Source: a virus (taxonomy: Duplodnaviria; Caudoviricetes). From it: 25,642 bases of DNA. Below, piece after piece: positions 6,912-15,134 of this stretch (the stretch's first letter is position 1; each line of letters starts with the position of its first letter). The position numbers and the translations under genes were made by a program. The notes beneath the pieces are model-generated. The model searched no databases, was not told the DNA's origin, and saw only the letters and a program-made list of their open reading frames with translations. The DNA lies in IMG/VR virus record IMGVR_UViG_3300005611_000175, positions 1 to 25,642 of that record. The stretch is one strand, 5' to 3'.

Positions 6912-7445
6912 TCAATGGTCCTTATCGCTGAAACTGTCATCGACGCCCAGAAGCTCGTTGAGGCGCTTGGTGATGTCTGCCTTGGTCATCTTCTCGAGGT
7001 TGGCATTGATGTTGAGGTTCTGGGTTCTGTGGATCGTCAAGCCAGCGAGGTTGTTCAGCTCCTTCACCGCGCTAACCGCAGCGTTGTAGTGGCCAGCATC
7101 GAAGGCATTCTGAGTGATCTCCCAAAGCATCTTCCCAGTCTTCTCTGGAGTGATGGCGTACTTGGCTCGCATCTCCTCCTGCCGCGCTCTGATCGCCTTG
7201 ACGACGTTCGGCTGGCTCTTCCCGTCCAGCATGCGACTGGCTGATGAAGAGGGGTAGGCGAAACCAGCACGACGAGCAGCCTCACTAGCGCCACATGCTC
7301 CCTCTGTGTACCAGTAGACAAACGCCGTCTGCATCTCGGTGAGGTCGAACTCCTCATCCGGTTCGAACAAGGCTGGTGGGTTGTTGAGCTTCGGCCTCTC
7401 CTTCTTCGGTCGGCCACGCCCTCTCTTCTCTTCGCTCTCTTCCAT
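6912..7445 (-). CDS. terS: Terminase small subunit
   Basis: LTEMQTAFVYWY...ASEAARRAGFAYPSSSASRML...P.V..AI matches the TerS HTH pattern; ATG 7445 has a GAGGA SD; N-terminal RGRGRPKK. Confidence 0.85.
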   Translation of the reverse strand: MEESEEKRGRGRPKKERPKLNNPPALFEPDEEFDLTEMQTAFVYWYTEGACGASEAARRAGFAYPSSSASRMLDGKSQPNVVKAIRARQEEMRAKYAITPEKTGKMLWEITQNAFDAGHYNAAVSAVKELNNLAGLTIHRTQNLNINANLEKMTKADITKRLNELLGVDDSFSDKDH

Positions 7446-7699
7446 CGTTTCCTCGCTTGTCAAAACATGAGCCCCGGCTCACATCTTATCCCCCACCCCC
7501 AAGCGCCAACTTCTCCAAGCCGCCCGCCCGCTGGGTGCGTGGCGCCCGCTGCCCGCTATCTCCGCACTTCCCCCGCACGCTTCTCCGCCCTCCCCCGCCA
7601 TCCGGTCGCTTCGCCCGGTGATGGTCTCGCTCCGCCCGGTGATGCGCTGAGCTGCGCCGCCATCGTGTCCTCTCTCGCCCCCGCGTACCACTGTATATT

Positions 7700-7986
7700 C
7701 ATACACAGGGTACAGGGCAGGGTATCACCCACTTTCCCCATACTATGTTGGTAACGTATAAACTCACTACTCTCCTGTTTATACTCCTACATATTTACTA
7801 CTTATATAAAAAAGGTACCCTAACCTACCCTGTCTAAAAGACACCTTAAATCAATAGCTTACAGTAGACCTTAACAGGGTACAGTGTACCTTTTCTCCAC
7901 TCTTAACAAATCACTTTAAGTAGCGTGTCGACTTATGCGTACTTTACACCACGACACGGGAACAGGGTACCCTTACCCTACCCTGG
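7700..7986. other. Putative replication origin (iterons, AT-rich tract, IHF site)
   Basis: About nine AGGGTA/TACCCT hexamers in both orientations; AT-rich 7755-7815; exact WATCAANNNNTTR match at 7849-7861; immediately downstream of the primase-helicase gene. Confidence 0.7.
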
Positions 7987-10170
7987 TCAAAGCAGATCAT
8001 CATAGGCCCCCAGAGGCGTCCCATTTCCCCCTGGTTGAGCCCGCGAGAGATGAGTTGGGACGGTGTATTCAAGGTCATAGACCTTCCTCCCATTGCTCCT
8101 CCTCGGTTCGATTCCATGGCTTGAGAGCACCCTCGCCGCCTCCTTGAACTCCCCAGCTCGCGGGTTCTGGATCCCGAGATCTCGGAGCAGCTTCGTCATC
8201 TGCACTGGTTCCGTTGACTGGCTGGTGAAGTTGACGTGCTCAAGGAGCAGGTCTTCGACGCTGCTCTGGGTGCGGTACATCTCATTGCTGTCCTGCAGCG
8301 CTGCGCGCTCCTCGCTGGTGAGGAACCAGTTGCGCACCCCTGGCTTATACAGCCGGTGGTGCACCTCAGCCCAGAGCTGCTGCATGTTGATCTTGTGGTC
8401 GTAGTGGATCTTGCTCACCGGGACCACCCAGAACCTCCGGTTCCCCGTGGAGTCGGTGAGGAACTCCCTGGCGTTGACGCTGGCGTACCACGCGGTGCGG
8501 CGTTGGTAGATCGTAAAACCACGGTCGTAGGGTAGGCGCAGCTCGTCGGTTTTCTTCGTGACGAAGGCTTTCAGCTGGTCGATGTCTGACTTCTTGAAGG
8601 TGGATTCGATCTCCCCCAGCTCGACTATCCAGTGGCTTACTGCCTGCTTCACTGAGTCCTTGTCGCTGGGGTTCAGCGTAGCGCCTTCAAGGAGCCAGCC
8701 CTGGTCGTAGTCCGCCAGCCGCTTGAACCACAGGGTCTTTCCAAGACCCTGCGCACCTTGGAAAACCAAGATCCCTTCCAGTTCGATGCCGTTTGGTTCG
8801 CACGCTGCGGCCACGCAGCTTATCAGCCACTTCGTCATCAGCGTCTCTTTGAGTTCCTTGTGCGGGCTCTCAATGGTGTTGAGGAAGTCCTGCAGGCGCT
8901 CGGTGCCGTCCCATGGTTCGCTTTCTATCCAATCCCTAACCGGATTGTATTCTTCCGCTAACAGCTTGAGGTAATCGCGGACTCTTGTGTGGGGGATGCC
9001 GAGCTGGATGCAGCGATCTTCGATCTCAATGAGCGCAGCCTCTTCCTTCAGATCCGCAATGAAGTTCTGGTTGGGGATCTGGATCTCCATGCGCTTCTTG
9101 ATAACGTTGTACCAGACGCTTATATCGTTGATCTTGAGGACGCCGAGGACGTTCTCCTTGCTGTTCAGGAACCGGCCCCGGTCGCTCTTCTGCCACTCAA
9201 AATTGATGGGGATGTCGACGGTTTTGAGGGCCGGGAGAAGCTCCCCCTCCACGGCCTGCTTGTGGTCGTTGTAGTCGCCCTTGGACTCAGGGATCAGCAC
9301 CTCGGCTTCCAGCCCCAGGCTGCGGATCTTGCTCGCCGCCTTCACGGCCTCCCGCTCCCCGGTCTGGCTATCGTCGAAGTCGGCGATGAAGAGGTGCTTC
9401 GCTTGCGTGAAATGCTTGGCGATGGTTTCCGAAACCGGCTCTAAGTTGTAGGCATCGAAGCAGACCACCGTGGGCTTGCCGTGGTCCTCAAAGTAGCTGG
9501 CCCCGGTGGCGTAGCCCTCGACGTAGGCGATCTCCTGTGCCCCCTGGAGGAGCGGCTGGCCAAGGACAAAGAAGCTGCCCTTCTTCTTGCTGCCGGTCAG
9601 GAACCGCTTCTGCCCGGTTTCATCAATGAACTGCAGGCCCACCACCTTCAGGTGCTCGTCGAGCATGGGGATCATGAGCAGTCCCGCTTCGCTCACCTTC
9701 AGGCCGTGGCTTGCGCACCCCTTCTTCTGCAGGTAGGGGTGGATGTCGCATTTGGTGCCCTCCTCCCACTGCCGCTGGGCTCTGATCGCAGCGCGGGTTT
9801 GACGCTCAACCCGGTCCCGCTCAGCCTCCTCTTGCAGGGCGCGGATCTCCGCCTTCATCTCCTCAGTGAGTTCGAAGGCACCCTCATTCTCTGGTTTCCA
9901 CGTCGCCGTGGCCTTCTTCGGATCCACCCGGTAGTCACCGCAGCGCCCGAAGGGCATGGCTTGATGCACCCACAGCTGATACCAGCCGACGAGCTTCTGC
10001 TGCCCATCCACATCAACGTAGGCGCGGCCAATCTTGCCGTCGATCACCAGTCCTTTCTTGGGGTCGGGGCGCAGCCCCTGGGCGAGTAGCCATGCTTCAA
10101 ATTGCTCAGCGATGCCGGTGAGCGGCTTGCTGTGATCTTTCTGGTTCGGTCTCTTGACGATAAAAGCCAC
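7987..10170 (-). CDS. Primase-helicase: P4-alpha-like TOPRIM primase fused to a VapE/VirE-type P-loop domain
   Basis: HPYLQKKG, LMIPM...GLQFI..G.KRFL.G, YVEGYATG, FIADFD, GDYND; then LVFQGAQGLGKT (Walker A), WIVELGEIE, RLPY, FLTDSTGNRRFW, QLWAE. Confidence 0.92.
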   Translation of the reverse strand: MAFIVKRPNQKDHSKPLTGIAEQFEAWLLAQGLRPDPKKGLVIDGKIGRAYVDVDGQQKLVGWYQLWVHQAMPFGRCGDYRVDPKKATATWKPENEGAFELTEEMKAEIRALQEEAERDRVERQTRAAIRAQRQWEEGTKCDIHPYLQKKGCASHGLKVSEAGLLMIPMLDEHLKVVGLQFIDETGQKRFLTGSKKKGSFFVLGQPLLQGAQEIAYVEGYATGASYFEDHGKPTVVCFDAYNLEPVSETIAKHFTQAKHLFIADFDDSQTGEREAVKAASKIRSLGLEAEVLIPESKGDYNDHKQAVEGELLPALKTVDIPINFEWQKSDRGRFLNSKENVLGVLKINDISVWYNVIKKRMEIQIPNQNFIADLKEEAALIEIEDRCIQLGIPHTRVRDYLKLLAEEYNPVRDWIESEPWDGTERLQDFLNTIESPHKELKETLMTKWLISCVAAACEPNGIELEGILVFQGAQGLGKTLWFKRLADYDQGWLLEGATLNPSDKDSVKQAVSHWIVELGEIESTFKKSDIDQLKAFVTKKTDELRLPYDRGFTIYQRRTAWYASVNAREFLTDSTGNRRFWVVPVSKIHYDHKINMQQLWAEVHHRLYKPGVRNWFLTSEERAALQDSNEMYRTQSSVEDLLLEHVNFTSQSTEPVQMTKLLRDLGIQNPRAGEFKEAARVLSSHGIEPRRSNGRKVYDLEYTVPTHLSRAQPGGNGTPLGAYDDLL

Positions 10171-10190
10171 GCCCTTTTTCCCCTCGCTGG

Positions 10191-10220
10191 TTGCGTCTTG
10201 TCCTATTCAGTGTGTACAAT
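10191..10220 (+). promoter_or_regulatory. Sigma70-type promoter of the rightward DNA-metabolism operon
   Basis: TTGCGT-18-TACAAT with TG extension, in the 90-bp divergent gap. Confidence 0.5.
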
Positions 10221-10260
10221 CCTACAGGTTTTTGCAATCGTGCATCTAGGAGAAAGTCTC

Positions 10261-10989
10261 ATGGCACTAAAAGTAAGCGCGTCTGGCGGCGACTATGAAG
10301 CCGTCCCCAAGGGCACCCATAACGCAATCTGCTACCGGCTGATTGATGCGGGAACCCGCGAAGAGCAGTTCAAGGATGAAGATCCCAAGAAGCGGCATGT
10401 GATCTTTATCCAGTGGGAGCTGCCTGAACTTCAGCTTGATGATGGGCGCCCGATGTCCATAATGAAGCAGTACACCCTGTCCTTGAACGAAAATAGCACT
10501 CTTCACAAAGACCTCAAAATGTGGCGCGGAAAATCCTTTTCCGATGAGGAGCTTCGCGGCTTCGATCTGACCAACGTGCTCGGGGTGAACTGCGAGCTTG
10601 AGGTCGGTCACACGGCCAACGGTCGGGCCAAGGTCATGTCGGTTTTCAAGCCAACCGGCGGCTTCAAAAAAATGAAGACCCACAACCCCCTTTCCGCCTT
10701 TGACCTCGACGTTTACTGCGCTGAGTTCTCCGGTGATTCGACGCCAGAGACCAAGGCCATGTGCGACATCTATGAGGAGCTGCCCAACTTCATGAAGGAG
10801 ATGATCGACAACTCCTTTGAGATGCGAGCAGCCATGGCGAAGGGTGAGCGCAAGCGCATCGCTGATGGCGCTGGGGACGGTGGTGGTCTCGCCGCTATCG
10901 CCACCATGACGGCGAACCATGAGAAGGCCATGGCCGACATGGACAAGCCTGATGATGGTGGGGATCTCGACGATCCCATCCCGTTTTAA
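10261..10989 (+). CDS. Putative single-stranded DNA-binding / replication protein
   Basis: Start moved to ATG 10261 (AGGAG SD); P.GTH.AICY..ID.GT...YTLSL.E.S.L.KDL..WRGK.F...E..GFDL..VLG, a common phage family; acidic tail DDPIPF as in SSBs. Confidence 0.7.
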   Translation: MALKVSASGGDYEAVPKGTHNAICYRLIDAGTREEQFKDEDPKKRHVIFIQWELPELQLDDGRPMSIMKQYTLSLNENSTLHKDLKMWRGKSFSDEELRGFDLTNVLGVNCELEVGHTANGRAKVMSVFKPTGGFKKMKTHNPLSAFDLDVYCAEFSGDSTPETKAMCDIYEELPNFMKEMIDNSFEMRAAMAKGERKRIADGAGDGGGLAAIATMTANHEKAMADMDKPDDGGDLDDPIPF

Positions 10990-11004
10990 AGGAGGAGTGC
11001 GGGG

Positions 11005-11298
11005 ATGAAATTGTGCAAGAAATGTGGTGAGAAAAAAGTGGTCGCGGAGTTCCACAAGAACGCTGCAACCAAGGACGGTTTGAGCAGCCACTGCAAGCCC
11101 TGTGTTCGGGCCTATCAAAAGGCCCGCTTTGAGGCGAAGAAAGCCGTGGTGACAACCAAGAAGCGCGCCGTGGCTCGCAAGAAGAAGGACATGGTGAACC
11201 CCCCTCCCCACTACAACAAGCAGTCCGAGGATCTTGCCAAGGCCCTGTCGTACCTGCGCTTCGCCAATGGCGATGACCCGCGCAAGGAGGCTGCATGA
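11005..11298 (+). CDS. Zn-ribbon protein with an internally deleted DUF3310-like C-terminus
   Basis: CKKC...F.K.....DG....CKPC, then DMVNPPPHYNK joined almost directly to EDLAKALSYL. Confidence 0.65.
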   Translation: MKLCKKCGEKKVVAEFHKNAATKDGLSSHCKPCVRAYQKARFEAKKAVVTTKKRAVARKKKDMVNPPPHYNKQSEDLAKALSYLRFANGDDPRKEAA

Positions 11299-12062
11299 AG
11301 CCTGGGGTCTATGAGGATCTGTCCTATGAGCAGTATGCGGCCATCAAAGCGTTCCGCTCCCATGACCTGACCTCAGCGATCCGCTGCCCCTTCCAGTGGA
11401 AGTTTGCCCCGCCCCTCTCGGAGTCGCCTGCACTCCTTGAGGGTCGGGTGCAGCACACCGTCTTCCTTGAGCTGCATAAGTTCGATGAGGAGTTCGCCAT
11501 CATCCCTGACGTGGATCGGCGAACCAAGGCGGGGAAGGAGGAGTACGAGGATTGGCTCTCCACCGTCGATGGCCGCACTCCCATCAAGCGCGAGCTGTAC
11601 GAGGTCTGCATGGCTCGCCGGGAGGTGGTCGCTGAGTACGCTCCCAAGCCAGAGCACAAGGCTGAGCTGACGCTGGTTTTTGAGTGGCTAGGCCATCCCT
11701 TTAAGGCCCGCTTCGACTGGTACACGGGGACTGATGTCTGGGATCTGAAGACCTGCCGGGATGCGTCACCCCGTGGCTTCCGCTCGGCCATCAACTCCTT
11801 CCGCTACCATCAACAGGCAGCACTCTATTTGCGAGCTGCTCAGTGCGCGGGGATCCCTGCCGCCAAGTTCTATTTCCTGGCTCAGGAGAAGCAGCCCCCC
11901 TATCCCTACGCGGTCTACACCCTTTCGGATGAAGCCATCGCCTACGCTGAGTCAAAGAATGAGCAGGCCCTGGCGACGATCCTTGAAGCTGAGAGGAGCG
12001 GCATTTATCGCCCCTATGGGATCGAAGGCACCACCGAGTTCGGCATCGATGAACTTTGGTGA
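11295..12062 (+). CDS. PD-(D/E)XK exonuclease, RecE/ExoVIII-like (DUF3799-type)
   Basis: G...H...LE, DRRTKAGK, E...F...KARFD, DLKT, YHQQAALY, F.FLAQEK.PPY. Confidence 0.9.
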   Translation: MKPGVYEDLSYEQYAAIKAFRSHDLTSAIRCPFQWKFAPPLSESPALLEGRVQHTVFLELHKFDEEFAIIPDVDRRTKAGKEEYEDWLSTVDGRTPIKRELYEVCMARREVVAEYAPKPEHKAELTLVFEWLGHPFKARFDWYTGTDVWDLKTCRDASPRGFRSAINSFRYHQQAALYLRAAQCAGIPAAKFYFLAQEKQPPYPYAVYTLSDEAIAYAESKNEQALATILEAERSGIYRPYGIEGTTEFGIDELW

Positions 12063-12267
12063 GACCACCCCGGAGCAAGAGGCCCGGTGGGCGGAGGAGA
12101 TCAAATATTATGCCGCCCGCTGGGTCTGGACCCGGCGCTTCTGGAAGGTGCCCCGACGGGGCATCACCTGGGAGCGCTGGTGGGAGCTAAAGTTTGGCGA
12201 GAAATTCATGCCTTACGTTGAGCGTATGGCGCAAAAGAAAAAAGCTGCTAAGGTTGGCCCGTCATAA
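12049..12267 (+). CDS. Trp-rich hypothetical protein (72 aa, MNFGETTPEQ...)
   Basis: C-terminal part of track ORF 11761..12267; ATG 12049 overlaps the end of the exonuclease gene. Confidence 0.65.
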   Translation: MNFGETTPEQEARWAEEIKYYAARWVWTRRFWKVPRRGITWERWWELKFGEKFMPYVERMAQKKKAAKVGPS

Positions 12268-12331
12268 CCATGACGCAATTTCTTGATAAACACGGGCTCA
12301 TGGCGCGGGGAACGGTACCGGGGGGTAACCG

Positions 12332-12940
12332 TTGCCAACCACTCGCACTTGCTCGGAATGCAAAAAGACGCTGCCACTCACTCGCGAGTTCTTCTATGGA
12401 AACGGGAGGGGCGAGAACGGGTTTCGCCGTGCGTGCAAAAAGTGCATGTACATACGGCGCAGCCGCTTGTTCTCGGAGGATCCGACCCCGGAGCGCTTCC
12501 TGCGCTTTCGCTGGAATGCGCTCTGCAGAGCGCGCAAAAAAAAAGACACCTACATCGATCCCGATCTTTATGGTTTCGATGGCATTACCTTTTTGATGAC
12601 GCTGTGGGAGAAGCAGCGCGGTCGCTGCGCTTTGACCGGGATCCCCATGACGTGGCTCTCCAGCCGCCGGGAAGACATCGGCAATGGCTATGGCCTGGGG
12701 CGCAACGTGTCGGTGGATCGGATCGACAGCGCCCGAGGCTATGTGAAGGGCAATCTGCGGTTGGTCTGCAGCCAGCTTAATTACATGCGGGGATCCCTCG
12801 AGGATCCAGATTTTGTTTTGTGGTGCGAGCTGGTGGTTCGGCACAATGGCCCACCGCCGCCGGGATTCATCAAGGAGAAGGAACATGAACAACCGCTTCG
12901 GTCCCATGAAGGACGCGCTTCGAAGAATCGCTCAGTATAG
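12332..12940 (+). CDS. HNH/His-Me-finger-type endonuclease with N-terminal Zn ribbon
   Basis: CSEC...CKKC; LWEKQRGRCALTGIPM; SVDRIDSARGYVKGNLRLVC..LN.MR; TTG start. Confidence 0.8.
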   Translation: MPTTRTCSECKKTLPLTREFFYGNGRGENGFRRACKKCMYIRRSRLFSEDPTPERFLRFRWNALCRARKKKDTYIDPDLYGFDGITFLMTLWEKQRGRCALTGIPMTWLSSRREDIGNGYGLGRNVSVDRIDSARGYVKGNLRLVCSQLNYMRGSLEDPDFVLWCELVVRHNGPPPPGFIKEKEHEQPLRSHEGRASKNRSV

Positions 12941-13133
12941 CGAGGTCGCCGTGGATCATGAGCCCGGCTACGGGGACCACGCCTATCGCCTAACCATGGA
13001 GGACGGGGTGCGCTCCGCCAGCGACGTGTTCTGGATTGAGAACGATGGGCATCTCAACCGCGCCTCAAACGCCCTCCTAAAGCGCCTACTGGCTTTCGAA
13101 CCAGTCAAAGATCTTCAGCGCGCCCCAGAGTAG
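12885..13133 (+). CDS. Hypothetical protein (82 aa, MNNRFGPMKD...)
   Basis: AAGGAGAAGGA SD before ATG 12885; last gene of the rightward operon. Confidence 0.65.
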   Translation: MNNRFGPMKDALRRIAQYSEVAVDHEPGYGDHAYRLTMEDGVRSASDVFWIENDGHLNRASNALLKRLLAFEPVKDLQRAPE

Positions 13134-13223
13134 GGGGGCTGCAATCACCAGCCCTGGGAGCATCACCAGCACGCTGAGCAGAACCAGCAGGAAGACCAGG
13201 GCGACGGCGATGTTCTCACTCAT
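13086..13223 (-). CDS. Small membrane protein (45 aa, MSENIAVALVFLLVLLSVLVMLPGLVIAAPLLWGALKIF...)
   Basis: Translated by hand; about 30-aa hydrophobic run; start overlaps the previous gene's end; 3' end overlaps the convergent ORF. Confidence 0.6.
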   Translation of the reverse strand: MSENIAVALVFLLVLLSVLVMLPGLVIAAPLLWGALKIFDWFESQ

Positions 13224-13398
13224 CGCCTTCACTCCTGCGGGGGACGGTAGCAAGGCTCGGGCTATCGTCCATGAGGCTGCGCACCATACGCCGAGCCTTT
13301 CGAATCAGCGCGGGGTCGCTGCTGATAATCGTCAGGGTAGCGCTATAGTCGCCGTCTTCATCGCCATCAAGGTCTTCTCGGTATTCCACTGAAAGCAT
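13216..13398 (-). CDS. Hypothetical protein (60 aa)
   Basis: Tiles the leftward operon; G-rich/AGGAG sequence upstream. Confidence 0.6.
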   Translation of the reverse strand: MLSVEYREDLDGDEDGDYSATLTIISSDPALIRKARRMVRSLMDDSPSLATVPRRSEGDE

Positions 13399-13426
13399 CT
13401 CCTGACCCCCCCAACGATTGATTTCC

Positions 13427-13702
13427 TCAACTGATTCCGAAATGTTGATAGATGGTGTTTATCGTGTACTTGGCTGACCGAGCCAGCCGACTGTCCCGCG
13501 CTGGGTCTTCAAGATACAGGTGCGCTTCGTCAAGAAGATGACCGAGGTAGGGATCCTCACCATCGATCAGCACTCGACTCTGGTGGGTCATGAGAACCTC
13601 GGGCGCCTCCAGCCCCATCTCGTCCCTCATGTGAAAGAGGAACGCCCCAGGGATCTCAAAGGCGCTCTTTGGATACTTCCTTGGCCTTCCTCTTCCAGCC
13701 AT
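13427..13702 (-). CDS. Hypothetical protein with N-terminal AT-hook-like motif (91 aa)
   Basis: MAGRGRPRKY; tiles the operon. Confidence 0.65.
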   Translation of the reverse strand: MAGRGRPRKYPKSAFEIPGAFLFHMRDEMGLEAPEVLMTHQSRVLIDGEDPYLGHLLDEAHLYLEDPARDSRLARSAKYTINTIYQHFGIS

Positions 13703-13901
13703 CGATCTTGTCCATCAGCCGATTCCAGAACCGCCGCAGCGCCGACGTTCCACCCAACGCTGCCCGCAGTTCCGCAATGATAAGCCATTCGCTGCGTCCT
13801 GCCTCCTCCCGCTTATCAGCGACGAAGCGCAGTGCCCCTGCTTTGTGGGGTGGCATGTGCCTGACAAGCTGGTCCACCTTGTCTTTCAGCGACTGTTTCA
13901 T
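13656..13901 (-). CDS. Hypothetical protein (81 aa)
   Basis: ATGA overlap with the upstream gene. Confidence 0.65.
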   Translation of the reverse strand: MKQSLKDKVDQLVRHMPPHKAGALRFVADKREEAGRSEWLIIAELRAALGGTSALRRFWNRLMDKIDGWKRKAKEVSKERL

Positions 13902-14101
13902 GGCAGATCTCTCATCCCTCCGGAGTAGGTGGTGAAGAGCTGGCGCGCTTCTTCACCCTGCCCCTGAGCCTCAAGGATCCCAAGGGCCTCATTGATGCGC
14001 CCTTCTTGGTGGCGCCCGTTCATGTAGATGCTGGGATCCTCGTCGTGGAGCCAATCCCAATCATGCAGTCTTAGCATCTGTTCGAAGGTAACCAGCGTCA
14101 T
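13898..14101 (-). CDS. Hypothetical protein (67 aa, MTLVTFEQMLRLHDWDW...)
   Basis: Start moved to ATG 14101 (GGAGGG SD); L..HDW....DD...Y..G pattern familiar from small phage proteins. Confidence 0.7.
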   Translation of the reverse strand: MTLVTFEQMLRLHDWDWLHDEDPSIYMNGRHQEGRINEALGILEAQGQGEEARQLFTTYSGGMRDLP

Positions 14102-14285
14102 CTTCCCTCCTCGGCAGTGGCGCCCCTCTTCCTGCGGTCTCACCGTGCTGGTCGCAGAAGCCTGCGAACCATGCGCAGTGGAGAAATAAGTTGTCCTTTC
14201 CATAAGGGTTTGAGTCCTCAAACTCACCAAGAATGTAGCCGGTCTGCCCGGCCTTGTAGGCTCGATTCCAGCGCTCCTGCTTCAT
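14061..14285 (-). CDS. Rmf/CrpP-fold-like small protein
   Basis: RAYKAGQTGY...NPY...AWFAGF matches the A(Y/H)xxGY...(C/N)PY...WxxG(W/F) pattern; start could instead be GTG 14294. Confidence 0.55.
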   Translation of the reverse strand: MKQERWNRAYKAGQTGYILGEFEDSNPYGKDNLFLHCAWFAGFCDQHGETAGRGAPLPRREDDAGYLRTDAKTA

Positions 14286-14305
14286 ATTTTTCACACAATT
14301 CCCCC

Positions 14306-14494
14306 TCAGATTGAAAGCTCAAAAGTCCTCCCTCCCCAGAGATCCAGATCATCGCCCTCCTTGGTGCCGTGGGTCACCTTCCACCGGATCATGCTTTCCT
14401 CTGCCCGGTTGTGCCCAGCGTACTGGGAAACCTGCTTGAACTGCAGCGTCTCACCTCTGGAGAGGCGGTGGAGAAGCTCCTCTTCGAAGGTCAT
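14306..14494 (-). CDS. Hypothetical protein (62 aa)
   Basis: AAGGAG SD; tiles the operon. Confidence 0.6.
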   Translation of the reverse strand: MTFEEELLHRLSRGETLQFKQVSQYAGHNRAEESMIRWKVTHGTKEGDDLDLWGGRTFELSI

Positions 14495-14628
14495 TGCTCA
14501 CGCTCCTTCAGGTCAGCTTTATCTGATCTTCATGGCTTGGTTGGGACAGCTCTGGCTATCCTTTTGCTTTTGCGATTACCAGATGCCTAGACTTACCGCC
14601 CGTGCTGTAAAAATAGGGCTGGGTTCAA

Positions 14629-14871
14629 TCACTCTCCCTTTGCTTTTGCGATAGCGGCATCCACCAGCCGGTCAACTTCAGCGGCCTCCGGCCATTCGGG
14701 ACCGTTCCCACGATCCTTGCCAATCAGCATCCAGCCGCCGTCCCTGATCCACCTGTAGCGTCTATCGTTCAGGTCCAGCTCTTCGATGCGGTCGGCACAC
14801 CGCATCTTTAATTCACAGTCCGAATGGTAAAATTTTGTGCTGTCACGCAGTCGTTGAGCTAAATCACTCAT
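14629..14871 (-). CDS. Hypothetical phage protein (80 aa)
   Basis: SDLAQRLR...ADRIEEL...RRYRWIRD...VDAAIAKAKGE, a mosaic of common phage early-gene motifs; GAGGAG SD. Confidence 0.75.
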   Translation of the reverse strand: MSDLAQRLRDSTKFYHSDCELKMRCADRIEELDLNDRRYRWIRDGGWMLIGKDRGNGPEWPEAAEVDRLVDAAIAKAKGE

Positions 14872-14881
14872 GCTCTTCTCC

Positions 14882-15097
14882 TCAAAAATAAACTGGCAAA
14901 ATCTCCCACGTTGCGGGAAGGACCGGCATGTCCAATCGAATGTTGTAAGGCACCTCCTGGCGCCACTTGACCCGCTCCTCGTACTGATTCTGGTACGGCT
15001 CGCCGTTCTTCAAGCAGCGAATCCTCTCAAGCCGCCGGTGCTGCAAGTCGATGCCGCGATCAAGGTAGCGTCGTAATTCGGTCTCGATGCTCATCAC
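14882..15097 (-). CDS. Hypothetical protein (71 aa)
   Basis: GGGGAG SD; tiles the operon. Confidence 0.6.
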   Translation of the reverse strand: MMSIETELRRYLDRGIDLQHRRLERIRCLKNGEPYQNQYEERVKWRQEVPYNIRLDMPVLPATWEILPVYF

Positions 15098-15134
15098 TCA
15101 CTCTCCCCTAGCTTTTGCGATGTCGGCTCGGGCA

